From Scyliorhinus canicula (Eukaryota), in the NCBI RefSeq assembly GCF_902713615.1, contig NW_024055490.1:1-64000 (forward strand): a stretch of DNA of 64,000 nt. Direction: 5' to 3'. The notes beneath the pieces were generated by a model, which worked only from the letters and a program-made list of their open reading frames with translations, did not search any database and was not told the DNA's origin. Position numbers and translations under genes: made by a program. Shown one piece after another: positions 24,009 to 35,824 of this stretch; position 1 is the first letter of the stretch; each line of letters opens with the position of its first letter.

Positions 24009-24935
24009 ATGTCAGGGAAGGCAGTACAATGCTCCTCCTGCAGAATGTTTGAGGTGAGGGACGCCGTCAGTGTCCCTGCTGATTTCATCTGTGGGAAGTG
24101 CACCCAACTCCAGCTCCTCAAAAACCGTGTTAGGGACCTGGAGCTTGAGCTGGATGAACTTCGGATCATTCGGGAGGCAGAGGGGGTCATAGATGGGAGC
24201 TTCAGGGAAGTAGTTACACCAAAGACTGGAGATAGATGGGTAACTGTAAGAGGGACATGGGAAGAAGCAATCAGTGCAGGGACCCCCTGCGGTCGTTCCC
24301 CTGAGTAACAAGTATACCGTTTTGGATACGTGGGGGGGGGGGACTTACCAGGGGTAAGCCATGGGGTACGGGCCTCTGGCACGGAGTCTGTCCCTGTTGC
24401 TCAGAAGGGAAGGGGGGAAAGGAGTAGAACATTAGTAATTGGGGACTCAATAGTCAGGGGCACAGATAGGAGATTTTGTGGGAGCGAGAGAGACTCACGT
24501 TTGGTATGTTGCCTCCCAGGTGCAAGGGTAAGTGATGTCTCGGATCGTGTTTTCCGGGTCCTTAAGGGGGAGGGGGAGCAGCCCCAAGTCGTAGTCCACA
24601 TTGGCACTAACGACATAGGTAGGAAAGGGGACAAGGATGTCAGGCAGGCCTTTAGGGAGCTAGGATGGAAGCTCAGAGCGAGAACAAACAGAGTTGTTAT
24701 CTCTGGGTTGTTGCCCGTGCCACGTGATAGTGAGATGAGGAATAGGGAGAGAGAGCAATTAAACACGTGGCTACAGGGATGGTGCAGGCGGGAGGGATTC
24801 AGATTTCTGGATAACTGGGGCTCTTTCTGGGGAAGGTGGGACCTCTATAGACAGGATGGTCTACATCTGAACCTGAGGGGCACCAATATCCTGGGGGGGA
24901 GATTTGTTAGTGCTCTTTGGGGGGGTTTAAACTAA
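24009..24935 (+). pseudogene. CR1 ORF1 (zinc-binding/leucine zipper + SGNH esterase), frameshifted
   Basis: CSSCRMF..CGKC..LELELDELR, then VIGDSIVRG, HIGTND and DGLHLN; indels near 24255 and 24335 relative to copy 2. Confidence 0.9.
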
Positions 24936-27849
24936 TTCAGCAGGGGCATGGGAACCTGGATTGTAGTTTTGGGATACGGGAGATTGAGAGTATAGAGGTC
25001 AGGAGCACAGATTTGACTTCGCAGGAGGGTGCCAGTGTTCAGGTAGGTGGTTTGAAGTGTGTCTACTTCAATGCCAGGAGTATACGAAATAAGGTGGGGG
25101 AACTGGCAGCATGGGTTGGTACCTGGGACTTCGACGTTGTGGCCATTTCAGAGACATGGATAGAGCAGGGACAGGAATGGTTGTTGCAGGTTCCGGGGTT
25201 TAGGTGTTTTAGTAAGCTCAGAGAAGGGGGCAAAAGAGGGGCAGGTGTGGCGCTGCTAGTCAAGGACAGAAGAAGAGTCCCCATCTAGCATCCTTTCCGC
25301 CACAGGTGGCGGAAAGGATGCTAGATGGGGACTCTTCTTCTGAGGTAGTATGGGCTGAGGTTAGAAACAGGAAAGGAGAGGTCACCCTGTTGGGAGTTTT
25401 CTATAGGCCACCTAATAGTTCTAGGGATGTAGAGGAAAGGATGGCGAAGATGATTCTGGAAAAGAGCGAAAGTAACAGGGTAGTTGTTATTAGAGACTTT
25501 AACTTTCCAAATATTGACTGGAAAAGATATAGTTCGAGTACATTAGATGGGTCGTTCTTTGTACAATGTGTGCAGGAGGGTTTCCTGACACAATATGTTG
25601 ACAGGCCAACAAGAGGCGAGGCCACATTGGATTTGGTTTTGGGTAATGAACCAGGCCAGGTGTTAGATCTGGAGGTAGGTGAGCACTTTGGAAACAGTGA
25701 CCACAATTCGGTGACCTTTACGTTAGTGATGGAAAGGGATAAGTATACCCCGCAGGGCAAGAGTTATAGCTGGGGGAAGGGCAATTATGATGCCATTAGA
25801 CATGACTTAGGATGTGTTGGTTGGAGAAGTAGGCTGCAAGGGTTGGGCACACTGGATATGTGGAGATTGTTCAAGGAACAGCTATTGCATGTTCTTGATA
25901 AGTACGTACCAGTCAGGCAGGGAGGAAGGGGTCGAGCGAGGGAACCGTGGTTTACCAAAGAAGTGGAATCTCTTGTTAAGAGGAAGAAGGAGGACTATAT
26001 GAAGATGAGGCATGAAGTTTCAGTTGGGGCGCTTGATAGTTACAAGGAAGCGAGGAAGGATCTAAAGAGAGAGCTGAGACGAGCAAGGAGGGGACATGAG
26101 AAGTCTTTGGCAGGTAGGATCAAGGAAAACCCAAAAGCTTTCTATAGGTATGTCAGGAATAAAAGAATGACTAGGGTAAGAGTAGGGCCAGTCAAGGACA
26201 GTGGTGGGAAGTTGTGTGTGGAGGCTGAGGAGATACGCGAGATACTAAATGAATACTTTTCGTCAGTATTCACTCAAGAAAAAGATAATATTGTGGAGGA
26301 GAATGCTGAGACACAGGCTATTAGAATAGTTGGCATTGAGGTGCGTAGGGAAGAAGTGTTGGCAATTCTGGACAAGGTGAAAATAGATAAGTCCCCGGGG
26401 CCGGATGGGATTTATCCTAGGATTCTCTGGGAAGCCAGGGAAGAGATTGCTGAGCCTTTGGCTTTGATTTTTAGGTCATCATTGGCCACAGGAATAGTGC
26501 CAGAGGACTGGAGGATAGCAAATGTGGTCCCTTTGTTCAAGAAGGGGAGTAGAGATAACCCCGGTAACTATAGGCCGGTGAGCCTAACGTCTGTGGTGGG
26601 GAAGGTCTTGGAGAGGATTATAAAAGATACGATTTATAATCATCTAGATAGGAATAATATGATTAGGGATAGTCAGCATGGTTTTGTGAAGGGTAGGTCA
26701 TGCCTCACAAACCTTATCGAGTTCTTTGAGAAGGTGACTGAACAGGTAGACGAGGGTAGAGCAGTTGATGTGGTGTATGTGGATTTCAGTAAAGCGTTTG
26801 ATAAGGTTCCCCACGGTCGGCTATTGCAGAAAATACGGAGGCTGGGGATTGAGGGTGATTTAGAGATGTGGATCAGAAATTGGCTAGTTGAAAGAAGACA
26901 GAGAGTGGTAGTTGATGGGAAATGTTCAGAATGGAGTTCAGTTACGAGTGGCGTACCACAAGGATCTGTTCTGGGGCCGCTGCTGTTTGTCATTTTTATA
27001 AATGACCTAGAGGAAGGCGCAGAAGGATGGGTGAGTAAATTTGCAGACGACACTAAAGTTGGTGCAGTTGTAGACAGTGCGGAAGGATGTTGCAGGTTAC
27101 AGAGGGACATAGATAAGCTGCAGAGCTGGGCTGAGAGGTGGCAAATGGAGTTTAATGTGGAGAAGTGTGAGGTGATTCATTTTGGAAAGAATAACAGGAA
27201 TGCGGAATATTTGGCTAATGGTAAAATTCTTGGTAGTGTGGATGAGCAGAGGGATCTCGGTGTCCATGTACATAGATCCCTGAAAGTTGCCACCCAGGTT
27301 GATAGGGTTGTGAAGAAGGCCTATGGTGTGTTGGCCTTTATTGGTAGAGGGATTGAGTTCCGGAGCCATGAGGTCATGTTGCAGTTGTACAAAACTCTAG
27401 TACGGCCGCATTTGGAGTATTGCGTACAGTTCTGGTCGCCTCATTATAGGAAGGACGTGGAAGCTTTGGAACGGGTACAGAGGAGATTTACCAGGATGTT
27501 GCCTGGTATGGAGGGAAAATCTTATGAGGAAAGGCTGATGGATTTGAGGTTGTTTTCGTTAGAGAGAAGAAGGTTAAGAGGTGACTTAACAGAGGCATAC
27601 AAAATGATCAGAGAGTTAGATAGGGTGGACAGCGAGAGCCTTCTTCCGTGGATGGAGGTGGCTAGCACGAGGGGACATAGCCTTAAATTGAGGGGTAATA
27701 GATATAGGACAGAGGTCAGAGGTGGTTTTTTTACGCAAAGAGTGGTGAGGCCGTGGAATGCCCTACCTGCAACAGTAGTGAACTCGCCAACATTGAGGGC
27801 ATTTAAAAATTTATTGGATAAGCATATGGATGATAAGGGCATAGTGTAG
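24926..27849 (+). pseudogene. CR1 ORF2 (APE endonuclease + RT), broken by a fold-back insertion
   Basis: YFNARS, SETW, SDH, YRPVSLTS and FADD motifs; stop at 25286-25288 inside the inverted duplication 25267-25342. Confidence 0.92.
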
Positions 27850-27948
27850 GTTAGATGGCCTTTAGTTTTTTTTCCATGTCGGTGCTACATCGAGGGCCGA
27901 AGTGCCTGTACTGCGCTGTATCGTTCTATGTTCTATGTTCTATGTTCT

Positions 27949-28923
27949 AAGATCAGCCTCTCAAAGCACTTCATTACAACTGACGTCAGGGCCACCGGGC
28001 GGTAGTCATTGAGGCATGTTGCCTGGTTCTTCTTTGGTACCGGTATGATGGTGGTCTTCCTGAAGCAGGTGGGGACCTCAGAGTGGAGTAGGGATAGGTT
28101 ACAGATGTCTGTGAATACCTCTGCCAGCTGGTATGCGTAGGCTCTGAGTGCCCGACCAGGGATCCCGTCCGGGCCCGTCGCCTTCCGTGGGTTCACTTTC
28201 AGGAAGGTCGAGCTGACTTCGCAAACTGTGATGGTGGGTATGGGTGAATTATGGGTTGCTGGGGCACTCGATAGCGGGTTGTTGGTTACCTGCTGAAACC
28301 GAGCATAGAATGCATTAAGTTCATCGGGGAGGGGTGCGCTGCTGCCAGAGATACTGCTCGGCTTCGCTTTGTAGCCCGTTATGTTGTTTAGTCCTTGCCA
28401 CAACCGCCGATATTCTGTCTGTGACTCTAGCTTAGTTTGATATTCTCTCTTGGCATCTCGGATGGCTTTGCGGAGGTTGTAACTGGATTTCTTGTATAGG
28501 ACAGTGTCGTCTGCCTTGAATGCCTCAGATCTGTCCTTCAGTAGGGAGTCATCTCGCAGTTGAGCCATGGTTTCCGGTTGGGGAACATACGTATTGTTTT
28601 CTTTGGCACGCAGTCGTCCACACATTTGCTGATGAAGTCTGTGACGGTGGTGACATACTCATTTAAGTTAGTCGCTGAGTTCTTAAATATGGACCAGTCC
28701 ACTGTCAATAAGCAGTCACATAAGAACTCTTCTGTCTCCTCGGACCAGCACTGCACAATCTTCTTAGTTGGATTCTCCCGCTTGAGTTTCTGCTTGTATG
28801 CCGGGAGAAGGAGCACAGTCTTATGGTCTGATTTCCCAAAGTGCGGTCGGGGGATGGAACGGTAGGCGCCCTTGATCTTTGAGTAGCAGTGGTCAAGAGT
28901 GTTGTCGCCCCTGGTGGGACAGG
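27949..28923 (-). mobile_element. Rex1/Babar-type LINE, upstream part
   Basis: TRGDNTLDHCY..HFGKSDH (APE end) and KATGPDGIPG..NDYRPVALTSVVMKCFERLI, which continues as MKRITSI.. at 22856. Confidence 0.88.
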
Positions 28924-31900
28924 AACATAGAACATAGAACATAGAACATAAAACACTAGAGTGCAGTCCGGGCCCTTCGGCCCTCGATGTTGCGCGGACC
29001 TGTGAAACCATCTGAAGCCTATCTGACCTACACTATTCCATTTTCATCCATATGTCTATCCAGTGACCATTTAAATGCCCTTAAAGTTGGCGAGTCTACT
29101 ACTGTTGCAGGCAGGGCGTTCCACACCCCTACTACTCTCTGAATAAAGAAACTGCCTCTGATATCTGTCCTATATCTATCACCCGTCAATTTAATGCTAT
29201 GTCCCCTCGTGTTGGTCATCACCATCCGAAGAAAAAGACTCTCACTGTCCACCCTATCTAACCCTCTGACTATCTTATATGTCTCTATTAAGTCACCTCT
29301 CAGCCTTCTCCTCTCTAACGAAAACAACCTCAAGTCCCTGAGCCTTTCCTCGTAAGAGCTTCCCTCCATATCAGGCAACATCCTAGTACATCTCCTCTGA
29401 ACCCTTTCCAAAGCTTCCACATCCTTCCTATAATGTGGTGACCAGAACTGCACGCAGTACTCCAGGTGCGGCCGCACCAGAGTTATGTACAGCTGCATCA
29501 TTACCTTGTGGTTCCGAAACTCAATCCCCTTGCTTATAAAGGCTAGCACACCATATGCCTTCTTAACAGCCCTATTAACCTGGGTGGCAACTTTCAGGGA
29601 TTTATGTACCTGGATGCCGAAATCTCTCTGTTCATCTACACTACCAAGAATCTTGCCATTAGCCCAGTACTCTGCATTCCTGTTACTCCTTCCAAAGTGA
29701 ACCACCTCACACTTTTCCGCATTAAACTCCATCTGCCACCTCTCAGCCCAGCTCTGCAGCTTATCTATGTCCCTCTGTATCCTATAACATCCTTCAGCAC
29801 TATCCACAACTCCACCGACCTTCGTGTCATCTGCAAATTTACTAACCCATCCTTCTACACCCTCTTCCAGGTCATTTATAAAAATGACAAACAGCAGTGG
29901 CCCCAAAACAGATCCTTGCGGTACACCACTAGTAACTGAACTCCAGGATGAACATTTGCCATCAACCACCACCCTCTGTCTTCTTTCAGCTAGCCAATTA
30001 CTGATCCAAACCGCTAAATCACCTTCAATTCCATACTTCCTTATTTTCTGCAATAGCGTACCGTGGGGAACCTTATCAAACGCCTTACTGAAATCCATAT
30101 ACACCACATCAACAGCTTTACCCTGATCCACCTGTATGGTCACCTTCTCAAAAAACTCAATAAGGTTTGTGAGGCATGACCTACCCTTCACAAAACCGTG
30201 TTGAGTATCGCTAATCAACTTGTTCTTTTCAAGATGATTATAAACCCTATCTCTTATAACCTTTTCCAACATTTTACCCACAACTGAAGTAAGGCTCACA
30301 GGTCTATAATTACCAGGGTTGTCTCTACTCTCCTTCTTGAACAAGGGGACAACATTTGCTATCCTCCAGTCTTCCGGCACTATTCCTGTCGACAAAGACG
30401 ACATAAAGATCAAGGACAAAGGCTCTGCAATCTCCCCCCTGGCTTCCCAGAGAATCCTAGGATAAATCCCATCTGGCCCAGGGACTTATCTATTTTGACA
30501 TTTTCTAAAATTGCTAACACCTCCTCCTTTTGAACCTCAATTCCATATAGCCTGGTCGACTGAACCTGAGTGTTCTCCTCGACAACATTGTCTTTCTCCA
30601 GTGTAAACACTGACGAAAAATATCCATTTAATGCTTCCCCTGTCTCCTCTGATTTCACACACAACTTTCCACTACTATCCTTGATTGGCCCTAATCTTAC
30701 TCTCGTCATTCTTTTGTTCCTGATATACCTATAGAAAGCCTTAGGGTTTTCCTTGATCCTATCCGCCAACGACTTTTCGTGTCCTCTCCTCGCTCTTCTT
30801 AACTCTCCCATTAGGTCCTTCCTGGCTAACTTGTAACTCTCAAGTGCCCTAACTGAGCCTTCATGTCTCATCCTAACATAAGCCTTCTTCTTCCTCTTGA
30901 CAAGTGCTTCAACTTCCTTAGTAAACCACGGTTCCCTTGCTCGACAACTTCCTCCCTGCCTGACAGGTACATACTCATCAAGGACACGCAGTAGCTGTTC
31001 CTTGAAAAAGCTCCACATTTCGATTGTACCCATCCCCTGCAGTTTCCTTCCCCATCCTATACATCCTAAATCTTGCCGAATAGCATCATAATTGCCTTTC
31101 CCCCAGCTATAATTCTTGCCTTGCGGTATATACCTATCCCTGCCCATTGCTAAAGTAAACATAACCGAGTTGTGATCACTATCACCAAAGTGCTCACCTA
31201 CATCTAAATCTAACACCTGGCCGGGTTCATTACCCAGTACCAAATCCAATGTGGCCTCGCCCCTTGTTGGCCTGTCTACATACTGTGTCAGAAAACCCTC
31301 CTGCACACACTGCACAAAAACTGACCCATCTATAGTACTCGAACTATAGTATTTCTAGTCAATATTTGGAAAGTTAAAGTCCCCCATAACAACTACCCTG
31401 TTACTCTCGCTCCTGTCAAGAATCATCTTTGCAATCCTTTCCTCTACATCTCTGGAACTATTCGGAGGTCTATAGACAACTCCCAACAGGGTGACCTCTC
31501 CTCTACTGTTCCTAACCTCGGCCCATACTGCCTCAGTAGACGAGTCCTCAAGCGTCCTTTCTACCGCCGTAATACTTTCCTTGATTAACAATGCCACACC
31601 CCCCCCCCCCCTCTTTTACCATCTTCTCTGTTCTTACAGAAACATCTAAATCCTGGAACCTGCAACAACCATTCCTGTCCCTGCTTTACCCATGTCTCCG
31701 AAATCGCCACAACATCGAGATCCCAGGTACCAACCCATGCTGCAAGCTCACCCACCTTATTCCGGATGCTCCTGGCGTTGAAGTAGACACACCTCAAACC
31801 AGAGTCCTGCTTGCCGGTGCCCTCTTTCGAACTTTTAACCCTATCCCTGACCTCACTACTCTCAACATCCTGTACACTGGGACTACAATTTAGGTTCCCA

Positions 31901-32164
31901 TCCCCCTGCTGAATTAGTTTAAACCCCCCCGAAGAGCACTAGCAAATCTTCCCCCCCCCCCCCCCAGGATATTGGTACCCCTCTGGTTCAGGTGAAGACC
32001 ATCCTGTTTGTAGAGGTCCCACCTACCCCAGAATGAGCCCCAATTATCCAGGAAACCAAAACCCTCCCCCCTGCACCATCCCTGTAGCCATGTGTTCAAC
32101 TCCTCTCTCTCCTTATTTCTCACTTCGCTAGCACGTGGCATGGGTAACAACCCAGAGATAACAA
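28924..32164 (-). mobile_element. 5'-truncated CR1 LINE, related subfamily, frameshifted ORF2
   Basis: (AACATAG)n tail at 28924; ORF2 pieces 31585-31797, 31355-31597, 30410-31315 and 29028-30419; ORF1 end ..ASALRGGLN* at 31914-32150. Confidence 0.95.
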
Positions 32165-32309
32165 CATCTTTAAGGAGATGTGCTGGTGGAATTTTGGCAG
32201 TACACTCTTGAGGTTGGCTTTGTTGAAATTACTGAATTACTGACATTTTATATGGAGCCAGTGGAATTCCCATTCACCAATACCATCGTGTTCGAATTCG
32301 ACAGAAGAC

Positions 32310-32530
32310 GGGGGCAGCACGATGGTGCAGTGGTTAGCACTGCTGTCTCACGAGGCCGAGGTACCAGGTTCGATCCCGGCTCTCAGTCCCTCTCCGCGTG
32401 GGGTTTGCACATTCTCCTGTCTCTGCGTGGGTTTCACCCCCAAAACCCAAAAATGTGCAGCGTAGGTGGATTGGCTGCGCTAAATTGCCTGTGATTTGGA
32501 AAAAATTAATTGGGTACTTAAAATTTATAA
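32310..32530 (+). mobile_element. V-SINE inserted in duplication copy A only
   Basis: GGGGCAGCACGATGGTGCAGTGGTTAGCACTGCTG head; absent at the paralogous position ~42955. Confidence 0.85.
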
Positions 32531-33599
32531 TAAGACACAAGTCTAAGAAAAGATTACCCTCTGAAAATTAAATTGACCAATGTAAGGCTGGACCCAGAAT
32601 TAGAACTTTAGATACACGGAGCAACATTTCAGAATGTAATGTCGACATGAAGCCATGAAAGGTTAACAGTCTTGTCTCAGTGGAATCAATATCAGTTCTC
32701 ACAACAGATACCTCAGCCCATGATCCAGATGTGATCCAATGCAGGAGTATTTTATGTTTCAATTTCTCCATCTTTTAGATGTGATGATACTTGAAATACA
32801 GTACTACAGAGATACAGTCTTAGGGCTGCTTCGAAATATTATTACTGGACTGGTAATCTGGAGGCCTGAACTATTACTTCAGAGCCTCGAGTACAAATTC
32901 CACCAGGGCATATTGCAATGATGTGATCAGCTTGGGACTCCTTACCAAAGGGTAGATATTTTGGAGGCAGTGTAGAGAAGGATCATTAGGTTAATCTCGG
33001 GTATGGATGGATTTTCATAGGTAGCTGTGATTAAGAGGTTCTTCGGCCCATCGTTACTGTCCCTATCATCAAATAGAGAAGAACCCGGCCCTGGATAGTC
33101 TTGAAGCACAGACCTTTCAGTTTACAGCGAAAAGCGTTGACCAACTGCACCACAGAGACTGACATGAGCAGAGTTTAAGTAGGGAAGACCTACACGCATT
33201 GGAGTTTTGAAGAATGAGAGGCGAACGTACTGAGATATGTAATATTTTCAAGGAGCTTGATAGTGTGGATGCTAGAGGTTGTTTCTGCTTGTGGGAGAGT
33301 CTGGGATCGAAGGGCACCATCTCAGAGTGAGGTGTCGCTCATTTCAGACGAGGATGAAGCGGAATTTCTTCTCTGAGAGGGGAGTGATTCTATGGTGCAG
33401 AGAATTGGAGAGGCCGGGTCAATAAATATGTCCAAGACTGAGACAGACAGACTTTTCATCAGTAAGGGAATCAAGGGTTATGGGGATAAGGCGGAAAAGT
33501 GGAGTTGAGGATTTTATCAGATCAGGCACGATCTCATTCAATGGCAGATCATATTCCATGGGCCGAATGGCCACCTTCTGCTCCTACATCTTATGGTTT

Positions 33600-33778
33600 G
33601 AAAATGAAAATCGCTTATTGTCATGAATAGGCTTCAATGAAGTTACTGTGAAAAGCCCCGAGTCGCCACATTCCGGCACCTGTCCGGGGAGGCTGGTACG
33701 GGAATCGAACTGTGCTGCTGGCCTGCTTGCTCTGCTCTAAAAGCCAGCGATTTAGCCCAGTGAGCTAAACCAGCCCCT
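33600..33778 (-). mobile_element. short tRNA-SINE (746-918 family), copy A only
   Basis: Reverse complement of 746-918; absent at ~44165. Confidence 0.85.
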
Positions 33779-34284
33779 GTTTTTTTGACAGCTGGGGTAC
33801 TTTCAATTGAATGAATTAATAAATCAGAAATAAAATTGTCACGTCATTCATAATACTCATGAAGCTCTTGAAATTTCCCAAAGCCCAGCAGGTTCACCAA
33901 TGTCCTTCAGGAGAAGAAATCTTCCCTCCTTACCCTGTCTGGCCTCTATGTGTCTAGTTCAGCAGTGATGTGGTTGACGCTTAACTATCTCTGATATTGC
34001 CGAGCAAGCCAATCAGTTCAAGGTCTGCTGCCACAGAAAGTCAGATGTGAATTCAACTGTCCGAAGTGCACCTTATCAAAATGGTGGTTCACATCCGGAT
34101 TCACAGAATGGACAGTTAATGCTGACTTTGTCGAGACTTCCGGTTGCGGCTATGACCAGCTAAGTCGCACGTTTGGCTGCTCCTGCGAGGAAGGTGTTTT
34201 CGGGCCGATTGGAGGGCCCCTAACGGCGCTGGAACGACGATTCCCGGTGGGGGAAGGTTCCCAGAGGAGAACCCTGCAAAACTT

Positions 34285-35130
34285 ATGGTCGTCACCCGAA
34301 GTGGGGCAGAAAAAAAAGCGGCAGCAGCTCCCCGAAAAAAGCGGGGGAAGAAACCCAAAATGGCGGCCGGCGGCGCACCCGAGGACTGGAGGAAATGGGC
34401 GGAGCAGCAGCAGGCCGTTCTCCTGCGCTTCTTCACGGAGCTGAAAGTGGAGCTGCTGGAGTCGATGAACGCGACGACCACCAGGCTGATGGGAGCCCAG
34501 GCGACCCAAGAGGCGTCAATTCGGGAGCTGCAGCAGGAGATGGCTGTGAGGGAGGAGGAGGCCACGGTCCTCGTGGGAAAGGTGGAGGTGCACGAGGCAC
34601 TCCACCTGAAATGGCAAAACCGACTGGAGGAGATGGATACCCGCATGAGGCGGAAAAACCTGAGGATCCTGGGCCTGGCAGAAGGGCTGGAGGGGTCGGA
34701 CCTCCCGAGGTATGTGGCAGAAATGCTGGGCTCACTGATGGGGGCAGGGGCCGTCCCTTCGCCCCTGGAACTGGAGGAGGCCTACAGAGTAATGGCCAGG
34801 AAGCCAAGAGCAAACGAACCCCCGAGGGCGGTGCTGGTTCGGTTCCAGCGACTCAGTGACCGGGAGAGGGTGCTGAGGTGGGCCAAGAGAGAGAGGAGCA
34901 GCAAATGGGAGAACTCGACGGTGAGGATCTACCAGGACTGGAGTGCGGAGGTGGCAAAGCGGCGGGCCCGGTTCAACCGGACGAAGGCGGTGCTGCATGC
35001 CAAGAGAATCAGATTCGGGATGCTGCAGCCAGCGCGCTTGTGGGTGACCTATAAGGACCAGCACCACTATTTCGAGTCCCCGGAGGAGGCGTGGGCCTTT
35101 GTCCAGGAAGAAAAGCTGGACTCGAACTAG
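34285..35130 (+). CDS. L1 ORF1p (coiled coil, RRM, CTD), intact
   Basis: 281 aa with RRKNLRILGLAEG, PRAVLVRF, IYQDWSAEVAKRR and QPARLWVT. Confidence 0.9.
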   Translation: MVVTRSGAEKKAAAAPRKKRGKKPKMAAGGAPEDWRKWAEQQQAVLLRFFTELKVELLESMNATTTRLMGAQATQEASIRELQQEMAVREEEATVLVGKVEVHEALHLKWQNRLEEMDTRMRRKNLRILGLAEGLEGSDLPRYVAEMLGSLMGAGAVPSPLELEEAYRVMARKPRANEPPRAVLVRFQRLSDRERVLRWAKRERSSKWENSTVRIYQDWSAEVAKRRARFNRTKAVLHAKRIRFGMLQPARLWVTYKDQHHYFESPEEAWAFVQEEKLDSN

Positions 35131-35824
35131 AACCAGGGGATACTTGGCGGTCGTTGCCGCTCTGGTACTTTAAGCTGGACACGTGGCTTTCTTTTGGTTG
35201 GATTTTCACTTGGCTGTATTTTTGGACCCTTTTTTTCTCTCTACCAGTTTTTTCTTTTTTCTGTTATTTATAATGTTATGTTGGGGGGGCGGGGTGGGGG
35301 GGGAGTGCCGGGGGTATGTGTTTCTTGTGGGGTTTTTTTTATCGGTGTGGGATCGGGGACGGGGGTGGAACTGAAGATGGAGGGGTGGGGAGTGGCAGGG
35401 CGAAAGCGCGGGCTTTCCTCTGGTTTCCCGCGCGCGGGGCAGAGGAGGGAGCAGGGTGCGAGGAAGGGGCGTGGTCAGCAATGGCTCCCTTTCCCGCGCT
35501 GGAGCGGGGTCAAGGAGGGGTGGTAAGGGGGGGGATGTCCCCCATGCCGGGAGGAGTCGGATTGTGGCAGGGGCAGCCGGGTCAGCGTAAACCAGCTGAC
35601 TTACGGAAGTACTATGGAGGGTGCATCGCGGCTAGGAAGGGTCCTAGCCTGGGGGGGGAGGGGGTGGGGGGGGAGGGGGAGGGGGGAAGGGGGGGGCTAC
35701 CGGGTTGCTGCTGAAAAGGCCAGGGAGGAGAAGTTGAGGACCGGAGGGGTGGGGGGAGGGCGCCATCGCCATGGGGAGCGGGTCAGAAGGGGAGGGCTGA
35801 CTCGGGGCGAGCAGGTGAAAGGAT

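Larger units (their letters stand above)
22857..27948 (+). mobile_element. near full-length CR1 LINE (copy 1) inserted into Rex1
   Basis: 5' monomer array, ORF1 (Cys motif, coiled coil, SGNH esterase), ORF2 (APE + RT) and a (GTTCTAT)n tail at ~27922-27948. Confidence 0.95.
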
